Source of the DNA: an uncultured virus (IMG/VR IMGVR_UViG_3300032676_000987)
Taxonomy: Duplodnaviria; Heunggongvirae; Uroviricota; Caudoviricetes
Strand: one strand, 5' to 3'
Length of the DNA: 64,000 nucleotides
IMG/VR virus record: IMGVR_UViG_3300032676_000987
Position 1 is the first letter of the stretch; every line of letters begins with the position of its first letter. This document shows, one piece after another, positions 56,432-64,000 of this stretch. The position numbers and the translations under genes are program-made. Under the pieces are notes generated by a model. That model made no database searches and had not been told where the DNA came from. It was given only the letters and a program-made list of their open reading frames with translations.

Positions 56432-57138
56432 AGTTCTTCTTTAGTGATGGAACATTTTGTCCGTTTTGATCTATTATCGCTTTTTAATAACAGTTCTAGA
56501 TTGGCAGCATGGCCTATAATTTCAGGTGGAATACTTTGTTTGAATCCCTCTGTAATGCTAAATCGGTGATCTAGTTCGTATTCATTTCCTCTTTTTAGAT
56601 TGTTCGGATTAATAATATGTTCTGCATACTTCCAGCTAGTATTAGTGAAATTAGTGACTTGCTCTCTATATAATTCCCATTCTGTCTTGAGTTCTTTCGG
56701 TATAGAAATTCCACGTTCTATTTTTGTCAGTGTAGCTTTTTGATATGACTCAGGTGATCTGTTTGATGCCCGCGATGATTGCATCTGTTTAGTATGAGAG
56801 GTATGTTTTTTATTGAACATCGGATTGCGTTCACCGGTATGTCCACCTCGTTGCTGCAAAGCATCAGAAATTTTCTTACCCTTTTCTTCTACCCAGTTAG
56901 GATCAGTATGCAGTTGCTGAAGTTTCTTATTCCCAACCTCACTCATCTTCTTCATGTGGACTCTCCTTTCCTCAGGAGTAATGTTTTTTTTCCTAGAAGA
57001 TTCTGCCTTTGCGATGAAGCCCGGACATTGAGTAATTTTTTCTACACAACGGAAAACCTTAGAATTTACACTTATCCATTTTGCTTGATTCCCGCAGTAT
57101 ACGCAAGTATAATTATGTTGCTCTTGAAGTTTAGGCAT
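56371..57138 (-). mobile_element. Antisense free-standing HNH-type endonuclease inserted at the 3' end of the dpdL-like gene
   Basis: YELDHRFSI..GF......IIGH.ANLELL...DNRSK; GERNPMF.KKH NUMOD3-like motif; N-terminal CxxC; own late promoter. Confidence 0.8.
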
Positions 57139-57177
57139 AGTTCAATCTTTCTTTCATCATTGTATTTATGCCTAAAC
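57129..57177 (-). promoter_or_regulatory. 11-bp inverted repeat pairing the late promoter region with the endonuclease start codon
   Basis: GTTTAGGCATA (57129-57139) and TATGCCTAAAC (57167-57177). Confidence 0.7.
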
Positions 57178-57210
57178 CTTTAAAGGAGACCAGTATGAGA
57201 TAAAATTTTT

Positions 57211-57309
57211 AACCCAAATCGTGATATTGAAATTACCGTTTCAGAAGACGGTGAAAACGGTGCCACGATTTTCTATAATACTACTCAATCTCAACAACTC
57301 ACCATCTAA
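57211..57309 (+). pseudogene. Orphaned second copy of the dpdL-like 3' end
   Basis: Translates to NPNRDIEITVSEDGENGATIFYNTTQSQQLTI*, versus YPNRYIQISVSEDGENGAELTFTTA* at 56354-56431; no in-frame start. Confidence 0.85.
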
Positions 57310-57319
57310 GGAACTAAAA

Positions 57320-57553
57320 ATGGCAAAGCTCGACAATAAGTCTATCGTCAATCAAATCTTTGAAGATTTGGAGAACTACCGTATTTTCTGTAGAGACTAC
57401 GGTTATCGATATGATGAGCGAGATTTATATAACAACAAGAGCTATATCTATCGGCAGTACCAAAAGACAGTTGCAAGCAAACCTGCAAAGAATCAATGGG
57501 AAATCGATGCAGAGAAGTTTAAGGAACGTGAACTTCTTAATACCCGTCGATAA
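57320..57553 (+). CDS. Hypothetical protein
   Basis: AAGGA RBS, ATG 57320; IFEDLE.YR.FCRDYG..YDE.DLY. Confidence 0.7.
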   Translation: MAKLDNKSIVNQIFEDLENYRIFCRDYGYRYDERDLYNNKSYIYRQYQKTVASKPAKNQWEIDAEKFKERELLNTRR

Positions 57554-57567
57554 AGTATCGACATACA

Positions 57568-57599
57568 GTAACGGGTGGTTAACCACCCGTTACCTTTTT
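57568..57599 (+). terminator. Intrinsic terminator
   Basis: Perfect 26-nt palindrome GTAACGGGTGGTTAACCACCCGTTAC followed by CTTTTT. Confidence 0.75.
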
Positions 57600-57613
57600 A
57601 TTAGGACAATATT

Positions 57614-58789
57614 ATGCGTAAACTATACTATATGGGATTGGAGCCTTATAAGGCTCGGTACACTCTCCAATTGACATACTGGAATACTAGAGTCTTTGAT
57701 CGTAGGGGCATCGACTACATAGTGGTGCCGGGCGAAACGCTCGATAGCAGCAAGGCTATCGTAACTGGTCAAGTGCTAGACGCACATGGTCGTTCTTATT
57801 TCGGTATGAGCCAGATGATGAATTTGGTAAAGCTGATGAAGGAAGGTAAGATCACACAAGAAGATGTTATCTACTTTGAAGATATGTTTCAGCCGGGAAT
57901 TGAGTCTCTTCCGTATATCATGGATCAGATTCCATATGACATGAGACCCAAAGTATATGTTCGCTGTCTAGCACAAACGATTGACCCTGATGATTTTGTT
58001 CACGTATGGGGAATGGAACGCTGGATGGGGCATTACGAGAAGATGGTTAACGAATTTGTCGACGGTGTTCTTGCAACCAATGAAGAAATGGTTGCGCACA
58101 TGGCCATTGCTGGTTGGACTGCTCCCATCTATAATATTTCCGGTCTTGCTTTTGGTAAGGATGAGGTGCAAAGTCGAGTTGAACGTATCAAGCCGTTCAA
58201 TGACCGTCGTATGCGAGTTGTTTTCTCTGCACGCTGGGATCAGGAGAAGCAACCTGACTTCTATCTCGATTTGATCGATGAATGGCACAAGCAACATCCG
58301 AGCAAAAATGTAGAATTCGTTATTTGTAGCGGCAGCAAGCTGAAAAGCAACAATGACAGCTACATGCAACGCACTCGCAAGATGATCGAAGATCGAAAAT
58401 TAACGCTATATGAAGATTTGGAAAAGAATCAATACTATGAGATTGTTAACGATAGCCGAGTAGTCTTCAACTGTGCATTACAAGATTGGGTATCCAACAC
58501 TGTAAGCGAGGCTGATGCATTGGGTTGCAATGTGCTGTATCCCGCATATCGTTCGTTTCCTGAAACTTTTGCTAATGATCCTGAGCGTTTGTACATTCCG
58601 TGGTCTATTCAAGATGCGATCAACAAGCTAGATCCTTTGCTGCGTCGTCCACACGCAAATATGGGCAAGATCAGTGATTGGACCGATAAAACTGTGGATC
58701 GTATTTGCGATATCCTTGAAGGAAACGGGGAGAAGTGGAATCGTGATCGTACGGATTATAGAAAATATACAAGAGAATCAAAGTACTAA
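57614..58789 (+). CDS. GT-B fold glycosyltransferase
   Basis: VVFSARWDQEKQPDF, Y..I...SRV.FN, EA.ALGC..LYP, SFPE. Confidence 0.75.
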   Translation: MRKLYYMGLEPYKARYTLQLTYWNTRVFDRRGIDYIVVPGETLDSSKAIVTGQVLDAHGRSYFGMSQMMNLVKLMKEGKITQEDVIYFEDMFQPGIESLPYIMDQIPYDMRPKVYVRCLAQTIDPDDFVHVWGMERWMGHYEKMVNEFVDGVLATNEEMVAHMAIAGWTAPIYNISGLAFGKDEVQSRVERIKPFNDRRMRVVFSARWDQEKQPDFYLDLIDEWHKQHPSKNVEFVICSGSKLKSNNDSYMQRTRKMIEDRKLTLYEDLEKNQYYEIVNDSRVVFNCALQDWVSNTVSEADALGCNVLYPAYRSFPETFANDPERLYIPWSIQDAINKLDPLLRRPHANMGKISDWTDKTVDRICDILEGNGEKWNRDRTDYRKYTRESKY

Positions 58790-58851
58790 ATACATGTGTC
58801 ACACAACGGTGACGCACTCAAAATTGACATCCGCGTAAGGAAGGATTTACT

Positions 58852-59532
58852 ATGTCATACAACAAAACCAAAACGGACCCCGATCTGGGTCGTAGCGTCC
58901 ATGAACATCTTGTTAAAGTCGGAGTAGAAACTCCGTTTAAAGATAACGGATTAGACCGTAAAGACAAGATTGAAATCATCGAACGAGATTTCGAACATAT
59001 TATGAAAACGTTAGGACTTGATCTAACAGACGACAGCTTGGCTGAAACGCCAAAGCGGGTTGCTAAAATGTACTGCAACGAAATATTTTGGGGTTTGGAT
59101 TATGATGCATTCCCGAAGTGTACGACTGTAGAGAATAAGATGAAATATAACGAAATGGTAGTAGAACGAAACGTGAACGTTCAATCTAACTGTGAGCATC
59201 ATTTTGTGGTCATCGATGGAGTTGCGACGGTCGCATATGTACCTAAGGATAAGGTTCTTGGGTTGTCTAAGATCAATCGCATTGTCGAATACTTCAGTAA
59301 GCGTCCTCAAATTCAAGAGAGACTGACTGAACAGGTATTTCATACTCTGCAATTTATTCTAGATACTGAGGATGTTGCAGTTATGATTGATGCACAGCAC
59401 TATTGCGTGAAATCGCGTGGTGTTGAGGATACCGGATCTTCAACGGTAACTGTTCGTTTAGGTGGTGGATTCAAGACTGACCCTGCTGCTAGAAATGAAT
59501 TCCTAAGCATTGCAAGAATGGGAAAATGCTAA
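58852..59532 (+). CDS. folE: GTP cyclohydrolase I
   Basis: ETPKRVAKMY, SNCEHHF, GLSKINRIV, RPQIQERLT, HYCVKSRG. Confidence 0.95.
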   Translation: MSYNKTKTDPDLGRSVHEHLVKVGVETPFKDNGLDRKDKIEIIERDFEHIMKTLGLDLTDDSLAETPKRVAKMYCNEIFWGLDYDAFPKCTTVENKMKYNEMVVERNVNVQSNCEHHFVVIDGVATVAYVPKDKVLGLSKINRIVEYFSKRPQIQERLTEQVFHTLQFILDTEDVAVMIDAQHYCVKSRGVEDTGSSTVTVRLGGGFKTDPAARNEFLSIARMGKC

Positions 59533-59738
59533 ATCTAGATTTACATGGTGTACGACATCAAGACGTTGATGTTATGGTGGAAAACTTCATTCTGTTAAAT
59601 CAGAAGGAGTTTCCGCTTACCATACTGTGTGGTAACAGTGTAAAAATGATTAAGCTAGCAGAAGCAGTCATAGAAAGAATTGGCTGTGAAGCAAAAATGT
59701 ATCGTTACGGTATCATAACCGTTGAACGATTTACGTAA
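59526..59738 (+). CDS. Small Smr-like domain protein
   Basis: LDLHG...ILCGNS. Confidence 0.55.
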   Translation: MLNLDLHGVRHQDVDVMVENFILLNQKEFPLTILCGNSVKMIKLAEAVIERIGCEAKMYRYGIITVERFT

Positions 59739-59744
59739 GAAAGA

Positions 59745-60254
59745 ATGAAAATGACATTACAACCAGTATCATATGCATATACTAGTACAAAGGAATACCA
59801 CGATGCGTTTCCTTGTGCTTATCGGCAATGGAGAGCAGATTCTCATTGCAATTTGATTCACGGATATAGCTTTTCTATGAAGTTCTATTTTGGAACTAAC
59901 GAGCTAGACGTTCGTAATTGGGCCGCCGATTATGGCGGTCTTAAGGAGCTAAAGAAGGTACTTGAAGACCAATTTGACCATACCACATTAGTTAGTTCTG
60001 ATGACCCGGAACTTGACTGGTATAAAGAAGCAGAAAAGCGTGGTCTTATGAAGTTAACTATACTCCCGAAATTGGGATGCGAAAGCTTAGCCGACATGCT
60101 TTATAAGTATGTCAATGGAGTTTATATTCCTGAAATGTGGGGGCCTTCCGAGGCGGCCCGGCTGTGGTGCTATCGCGTCGAAGTGCGCGAGACTCAAAGC
60201 AATATGGCATTCAGAGAAGGGCACCGTGAATGGAATGAGGACCTTTTTGCGTGA
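59745..60254 (+). CDS. queD: 6-carboxy-5,6,7,8-tetrahydropterin synthase
   Basis: CNLIHGYS, DYGGLK, QFDH, GCESLA, VEVRET. Confidence 0.85.
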   Translation: MKMTLQPVSYAYTSTKEYHDAFPCAYRQWRADSHCNLIHGYSFSMKFYFGTNELDVRNWAADYGGLKELKKVLEDQFDHTTLVSSDDPELDWYKEAEKRGLMKLTILPKLGCESLADMLYKYVNGVYIPEMWGPSEAARLWCYRVEVRETQSNMAFREGHREWNEDLFA

Positions 60255-60415
60255 ATAAACTTTGGGGATTATGGGCTAAGGCTTTAGGAGAAAAGGCTTC
60301 TCCTTGTGATATAGAGTCTGATCGGATCGCTTGGATTCGAACAGTCTTAATAACCCAGTCTGTGATTACCAACATTTTTATTATCGAAAACGCAATTAGA
60401 CACTGGCATGGATAA
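60251..60415 (+). CDS. Small protein, 54 aa (below the ORF-track cutoff)
   Basis: GTGA overlap with the queD stop; MNKLWGLWAKALGEKA...IRT...ITN.FI....RHWHG fills the gap to the next gene. Confidence 0.6.
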   Translation: MNKLWGLWAKALGEKASPCDIESDRIAWIRTVLITQSVITNIFIIENAIRHWHG

Positions 60416-60866
60416 ATCTAACAGAATGCGAGCCGACTTGATGGTGCAGCAGCAAATAAAAGGACCATGGCAACACATGGTCGGAGTAATCATGTTGAAC
60501 CAAACATCCAGGCAGCAAGTAAAGAAAGTATTACCTGAGTTTTTAACGAGTTGGGATACACCTGAGAAGTTGCTGTTAGCTATCGAAGACGATATCAAAC
60601 GTGTAGTCTCTCCTTTAGGCATGACTAATGTTCGGGTAAAAAGATTGCTTGGAATGACCCGAGATTATTTGAATTGGGATCATGATGATGCTACAATGCT
60701 CTATGGTATTGGTAAATACGGCAGCGACAGTTATGAAATATTTTTCAAAAATAACTATGCGGTTCAACCAACGGACAAAGAACTAATACGATACTTGTCG
60801 AGTAATCAGCATAAGTCCGAAAATGATAACTTGAAAGAAGAAAATGACAAAAATAAAGATCAGTGA
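60408..60866 (+). CDS. MBD4-like helix-hairpin-helix DNA glycosylase
   Basis: PW......MLNQTS, PLG....R, LYGIGKYGSDSY.IF, V.PTDKEL closely parallels the MBD4 glycosylase domain (LHGIGKYGNDSY.IF...PEDHKL). Confidence 0.75.
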   Translation: MDKSNRMRADLMVQQQIKGPWQHMVGVIMLNQTSRQQVKKVLPEFLTSWDTPEKLLLAIEDDIKRVVSPLGMTNVRVKRLLGMTRDYLNWDHDDATMLYGIGKYGSDSYEIFFKNNYAVQPTDKELIRYLSSNQHKSENDNLKEENDKNKDQ

Positions 60867-61725
60867 GTTATTCTACTCAATTCAAGGCGAGGGAAGATAT
60901 CAAGGCGTCCCGTCGGTATTTTTACGCACGTTTGGCTGTAACTTCAAATGTGCTGGTTTCGGAATGCCCAAAGGTGAGTTAAGTGACGAGGTTGATGCTA
61001 TCGCCTTCGCTCATAAGAATACTCCTTATGAAAATTATGAATCTCTACCATTAGTCAGCACCGGGTGTGACAGTTATGCTAGCTGGGATCCTCGCTTCAA
61101 GGACTTGTCTCCATTCAAGACGGTCAATGAAATAGTTGATGACATTATGGTAATACTACCGTTCAATGAATGGAGGCGAGAGCATCTTGTTATTACTGGC
61201 GGAGAACCATTGCTTACGTGGCAACGATCATATCCGTCTTTGTTGAGTCATCCCAAAATGAAGGGTCTGCGAGAAATCACCTTTGAGACAAATGGCACCC
61301 AGCCGCTTACTCATGAACTTAGACACTATCTAGAGGATTGGGTGTATGAAGGTGGAAAGTTAGGATTTGGTTCAGATGACAAGGATCGTGAGATTACGTT
61401 TTCTGTCAGTGCCAAACTAAGCTGCTCGGGCGAAGCACGCGAGAAGGCGATTCAGCCCGATATCGTATGCAGCTATGAGGAAGTTGGACACACGTATCTA
61501 AAGTTTGTTGTAGCTACAGAAAATGACATTGATGAGGCCTTAGAAACGACTCAAGTGTACCGTGATGCTGGATTTACGGGTGATGTTTATCTGATGCCAG
61601 TTGGTGGCGTAGAAAGTGTGTATCAACTGAATAACAAGAACGTGGCACTAGCAGCAATGAAGCATGGGCTTCGTTATAGTGATAGATTGCAGGTCACGCT
61701 CTGGAAGAACCAATGGGGAACGTAA
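60844..61725 (+). CDS. queE: 7-carboxy-7-deazaguanine synthase (radical SAM)
   Basis: ELFYSIQGEG, VFLRTFGCNFKC...GCDS, VITGGEP, FETNG, LKFVV, YLMP. Confidence 0.9.
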   Translation: MTKIKISELFYSIQGEGRYQGVPSVFLRTFGCNFKCAGFGMPKGELSDEVDAIAFAHKNTPYENYESLPLVSTGCDSYASWDPRFKDLSPFKTVNEIVDDIMVILPFNEWRREHLVITGGEPLLTWQRSYPSLLSHPKMKGLREITFETNGTQPLTHELRHYLEDWVYEGGKLGFGSDDKDREITFSVSAKLSCSGEAREKAIQPDIVCSYEEVGHTYLKFVVATENDIDEALETTQVYRDAGFTGDVYLMPVGGVESVYQLNNKNVALAAMKHGLRYSDRLQVTLWKNQWGT

Positions 61726-61959
61726 ATGTGGCATATGGTCAACACAGAGGCTAACCTAATTTGGATAAGGGGTGCAGATGAAATTCGATTAATGTTCTGT
61801 TTCTTTCCACACAAGTGCAGTCAAAGCGGAGATTGGATTTGGTTTAAAACTGCATATAGAATATCGCAGAGACTAACATATAATGAATTAGGAACTACCT
61901 ATAGGATAGATCGTTGGTACACGATTCAAGATTATCATCTATTGTTGGTTGCTAGATGA
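61726..61959 (+). CDS. Hypothetical protein
   Basis: Fills the gap between queE and the glycosyltransferase gene; ATGA coupling. Confidence 0.55.
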   Translation: MWHMVNTEANLIWIRGADEIRLMFCFFPHKCSQSGDWIWFKTAYRISQRLTYNELGTTYRIDRWYTIQDYHLLLVAR

Positions 61960-63293
61960 ACTTATATACTCACAGAATTGGCTTTTTGGTTAGTTCACAG
62001 ACCCTAATTCCGCATGGTGGAATTGGACAATTCGCAAAGAGTTTCTGTGAAATGATGAGTAGTCATGGCATAAAAGTTGATATCATTACAGATAAAGTTC
62101 CACAGGGTCTTGCAGAAGATTTTGTTAAAGAGCTTAAGGTTAATGTAATTTATCCTAAGGTTCCGCTTCAATACACTGATCACAGTGCAATTTTTATGTA
62201 TGAAGATAGCTATTGTTATGAACGCATGGCTAACTTTAGAGATGCAATCGTTAAAGCATTAACAACTAACATCTATGACGCATTTGTATGCAACACCTAT
62301 GAAACTATACAAGTTGCCGCCGCATTAGGATTATCTGATTGTATTCAAAATATCGCTTACACTCACCTAGAATCACAGATTTTTAAAGATACTAAAAATC
62401 CTTTTTTGGACAGTGTCAATGAAATGATGCGTGAGCAGTTACAGTTGAATAGCCTTACTATTGGAACACAAAGTAGGTTTAATCAATCGACATTCTCTAA
62501 CGCAGAGTATCTACCTATTCCTATATCAGAAAAAGGATTGCTCGAAAAATACAGCGGACCTCGCGAGGGTATTTTATTTGTAGGTAGATGGGAAGACGGA
62601 AAACAGCCCGAACTTTTTATAGAATTGATAAATCAGGTTAAACTGCCGGCCCGTATCATGACCAGTGCCACCGGCGCTAAGAAGTTTGAAGATCGTCTGA
62701 AAACTATCAATGCCAAATACGAAATTAAGGTAGGGATCATAGGACAAGAAAAAGTAGATTTCATTTCAGGGTCTAGGATAGCATTTAATCCTAGCACCGT
62801 AGAAAGCTATGGCATGGCTTTTTATGAACAGCACATACAATTACCTACATTTGTGCTTGAAAATCAGCGATGGACTAATAACTTTAACAAGAAATTCTTT
62901 TTTGAAACCAATAAGAAAACGATGGCTAATGACATCATAGTTGCTTATGAAAAGTACCCTACTGCAAATGATTGGTATCAAGTAGGATCACTATCCAATG
63001 CTATAGCTATGGAATCAACGGTATTTCACAGCTGGAGTAACTGTATCAATAACTTTGTTGAAAAGAAGTCAAACAATAGCACTGCTAAGATATGCAATGA
63101 AACCACTGTAAAGTATGCTGATTTTATAAAAGATTTAGGTAGAAAGATAATCTGCATCGATGACATAAAGTCTGTTCTAACCAATAAGCATAAGTTCAGA
63201 GTTATCTATACGGATAACGATACATACTTAACAAAAGACCCGATGTTCGAACCTAAGAAAGAACTATCGGGCCTAGATTTATTTGAATTTTAG
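61956..63293 (+). CDS. GT-B fold (GT4-like) glycosyltransferase
   Basis: HGGIGQF N-terminal motif, ILFVGRWEDGKQ, PSTVESYGMAFYE. Confidence 0.8.
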   Translation: MNLYTHRIGFLVSSQTLIPHGGIGQFAKSFCEMMSSHGIKVDIITDKVPQGLAEDFVKELKVNVIYPKVPLQYTDHSAIFMYEDSYCYERMANFRDAIVKALTTNIYDAFVCNTYETIQVAAALGLSDCIQNIAYTHLESQIFKDTKNPFLDSVNEMMREQLQLNSLTIGTQSRFNQSTFSNAEYLPIPISEKGLLEKYSGPREGILFVGRWEDGKQPELFIELINQVKLPARIMTSATGAKKFEDRLKTINAKYEIKVGIIGQEKVDFISGSRIAFNPSTVESYGMAFYEQHIQLPTFVLENQRWTNNFNKKFFFETNKKTMANDIIVAYEKYPTANDWYQVGSLSNAIAMESTVFHSWSNCINNFVEKKSNNSTAKICNETTVKYADFIKDLGRKIICIDDIKSVLTNKHKFRVIYTDNDTYLTKDPMFEPKKELSGLDLFEF

Positions 63294-64000
63294 TGCATTA
63301 GCAGGAAGCTGTTTAGAACGTCACTTCTGTTTGCAGAGTCGTCACCGTCTCCCGGCATGACGATCACGTTGTACTTGTTTTTTTCGGAACTAACTGGGGT
63401 TGACATCATTTCATCGTATGTTAGTATTGACTTTGGATCTACACTGTATTTTGCAGCAAGGCGTTCTTTGAATGCCTTGAGATCCTGTTTTGTTTTGAAC
63501 TGCATACGACCTTTGGCGTCCTTCAGTAGTTTTGCTCCGTCTTTAGCAATAAGATCAGTGAATAATTCACGAGGAACAACTCTACTGTTTTTAGTAACAG
63601 CAAAATCGATTTCTTTTTCTTGAGAAGGTTTTGCACCCATTGAATAGTTAATCTTGAAGTTATCAGGCTTTTCTGATTTAGCAACCGATGCTAATTTTGT
63701 GTAAGCATAGAAGTCTACTTTAGGATACTTTTTAGCTAGTGAATATGCCATTGCAAGATATTGTGGAGAGAAGAAGTCACCTGCGTCGTGCCAACGAATT
63801 ACTAGTTTGGTCTTCTTGTCTTTCTTGTTAAACTTTTTGTCTGCTGCTTCAATTTCACTACCCATCATGTCCATAAATCCTGATGGATCATTATAGAGGA
63901 AGTTTAAAAGCTGTGACTGGTCCATCGATACATTCTTCCATTGTATGTAGCCGCCCTTCATAGCGTAACAATATGTTTGACATGCACCCGCACCCGGACA
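63290..64000 (-). CDS. Phage Gp88-like (radical-SAM-like) protein, 5' end beyond the window
   Basis: The frame is open to the window edge: CPGAGACQTYCYAMKG, IRWHDAGDFFS, YAYTK. Confidence 0.7.
   Translation of the reverse strand, partial: CPGAGACQTYCYAMKGGYIQWKNVSMDQSQLLNFLYNDPSGFMDMMGSEIEAADKKFNKKDKKTKLVIRWHDAGDFFSPQYLAMAYSLAKKYPKVDFYAYTKLASVAKSEKPDNFKINYSMGAKPSQEKEIDFAVTKNSRVVPRELFTDLIAKDGAKLLKDAKGRMQFKTKQDLKAFKERLAAKYSVDPKSILTYDEMMSTPVSSEKNKYNVIVMPGDGDDSANRSDVLNSFLLMH

Noticed and set aside
57221..57319. ORF-track N-terminal extension of the 57221-57553 ORF
   Set aside because: The region is better explained as the orphaned dpdL-like 3' end in another frame; the real start is ATG 57320 with an AAGGA RBS.
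1..64000. Stop-codon reassignment as seen in some jumbo phages
   Set aside because: Conserved genes are full length under code 11, and TAA, TAG and TGA all occur at natural gene ends.

Overview
A 64-kb, gene-dense, AT-rich segment of a large tailed phage genome (T4-superfamily-like or jumbo myovirus). Nearly all genes are on the + strand, and the standard genetic code fits. Contents in order: (i) late/virion genes, including three Asn/Gly/Thr-rich repeat fibre proteins, baseplate-like proteins and a GH19 lysozyme; (ii) a short DnaE-like fragment, GroES, clamp loader, PhoH, holin, DnaJ and ClpA; (iii) a long block of probable head-packaged proteins that share an N-terminal leader resembling the T4 capsid-targeting sequence (e.g. 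MRVTEFIAE). Several look like polyproteins with internal [LIV]-x-E junctions between kinase, nucleotidyltransferase, ParB-like, GH19 and metallopeptidase domains; (iv) a curli-like CsgF/CsgG/curlin-repeat + FecR + CHASE2-cyclase operon and an outer-membrane beta-barrel; (v) a family B DNA polymerase split in its fingers domain by an antisense endonuclease gene, then a probable sliding clamp; (vi) a 7-deazaguanine DNA-modification cluster (dpdA, dpdL-like, folE, queD, queE; no queC in the window) with two glycosyltransferases and an MBD4-like glycosylase. A second antisense endonuclease sits between two synonymously diverged copies of the dpdL-like 3' end. A recurrent (A/C)TAAATA late-promoter motif, sigma70-type promoters, probable leaderless transcripts and RBS/start-sequestering hairpins are visible. 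I saw no tRNA, rRNA or CRISPR array. All functional calls come from motif recognition by eye; no database searches were run.
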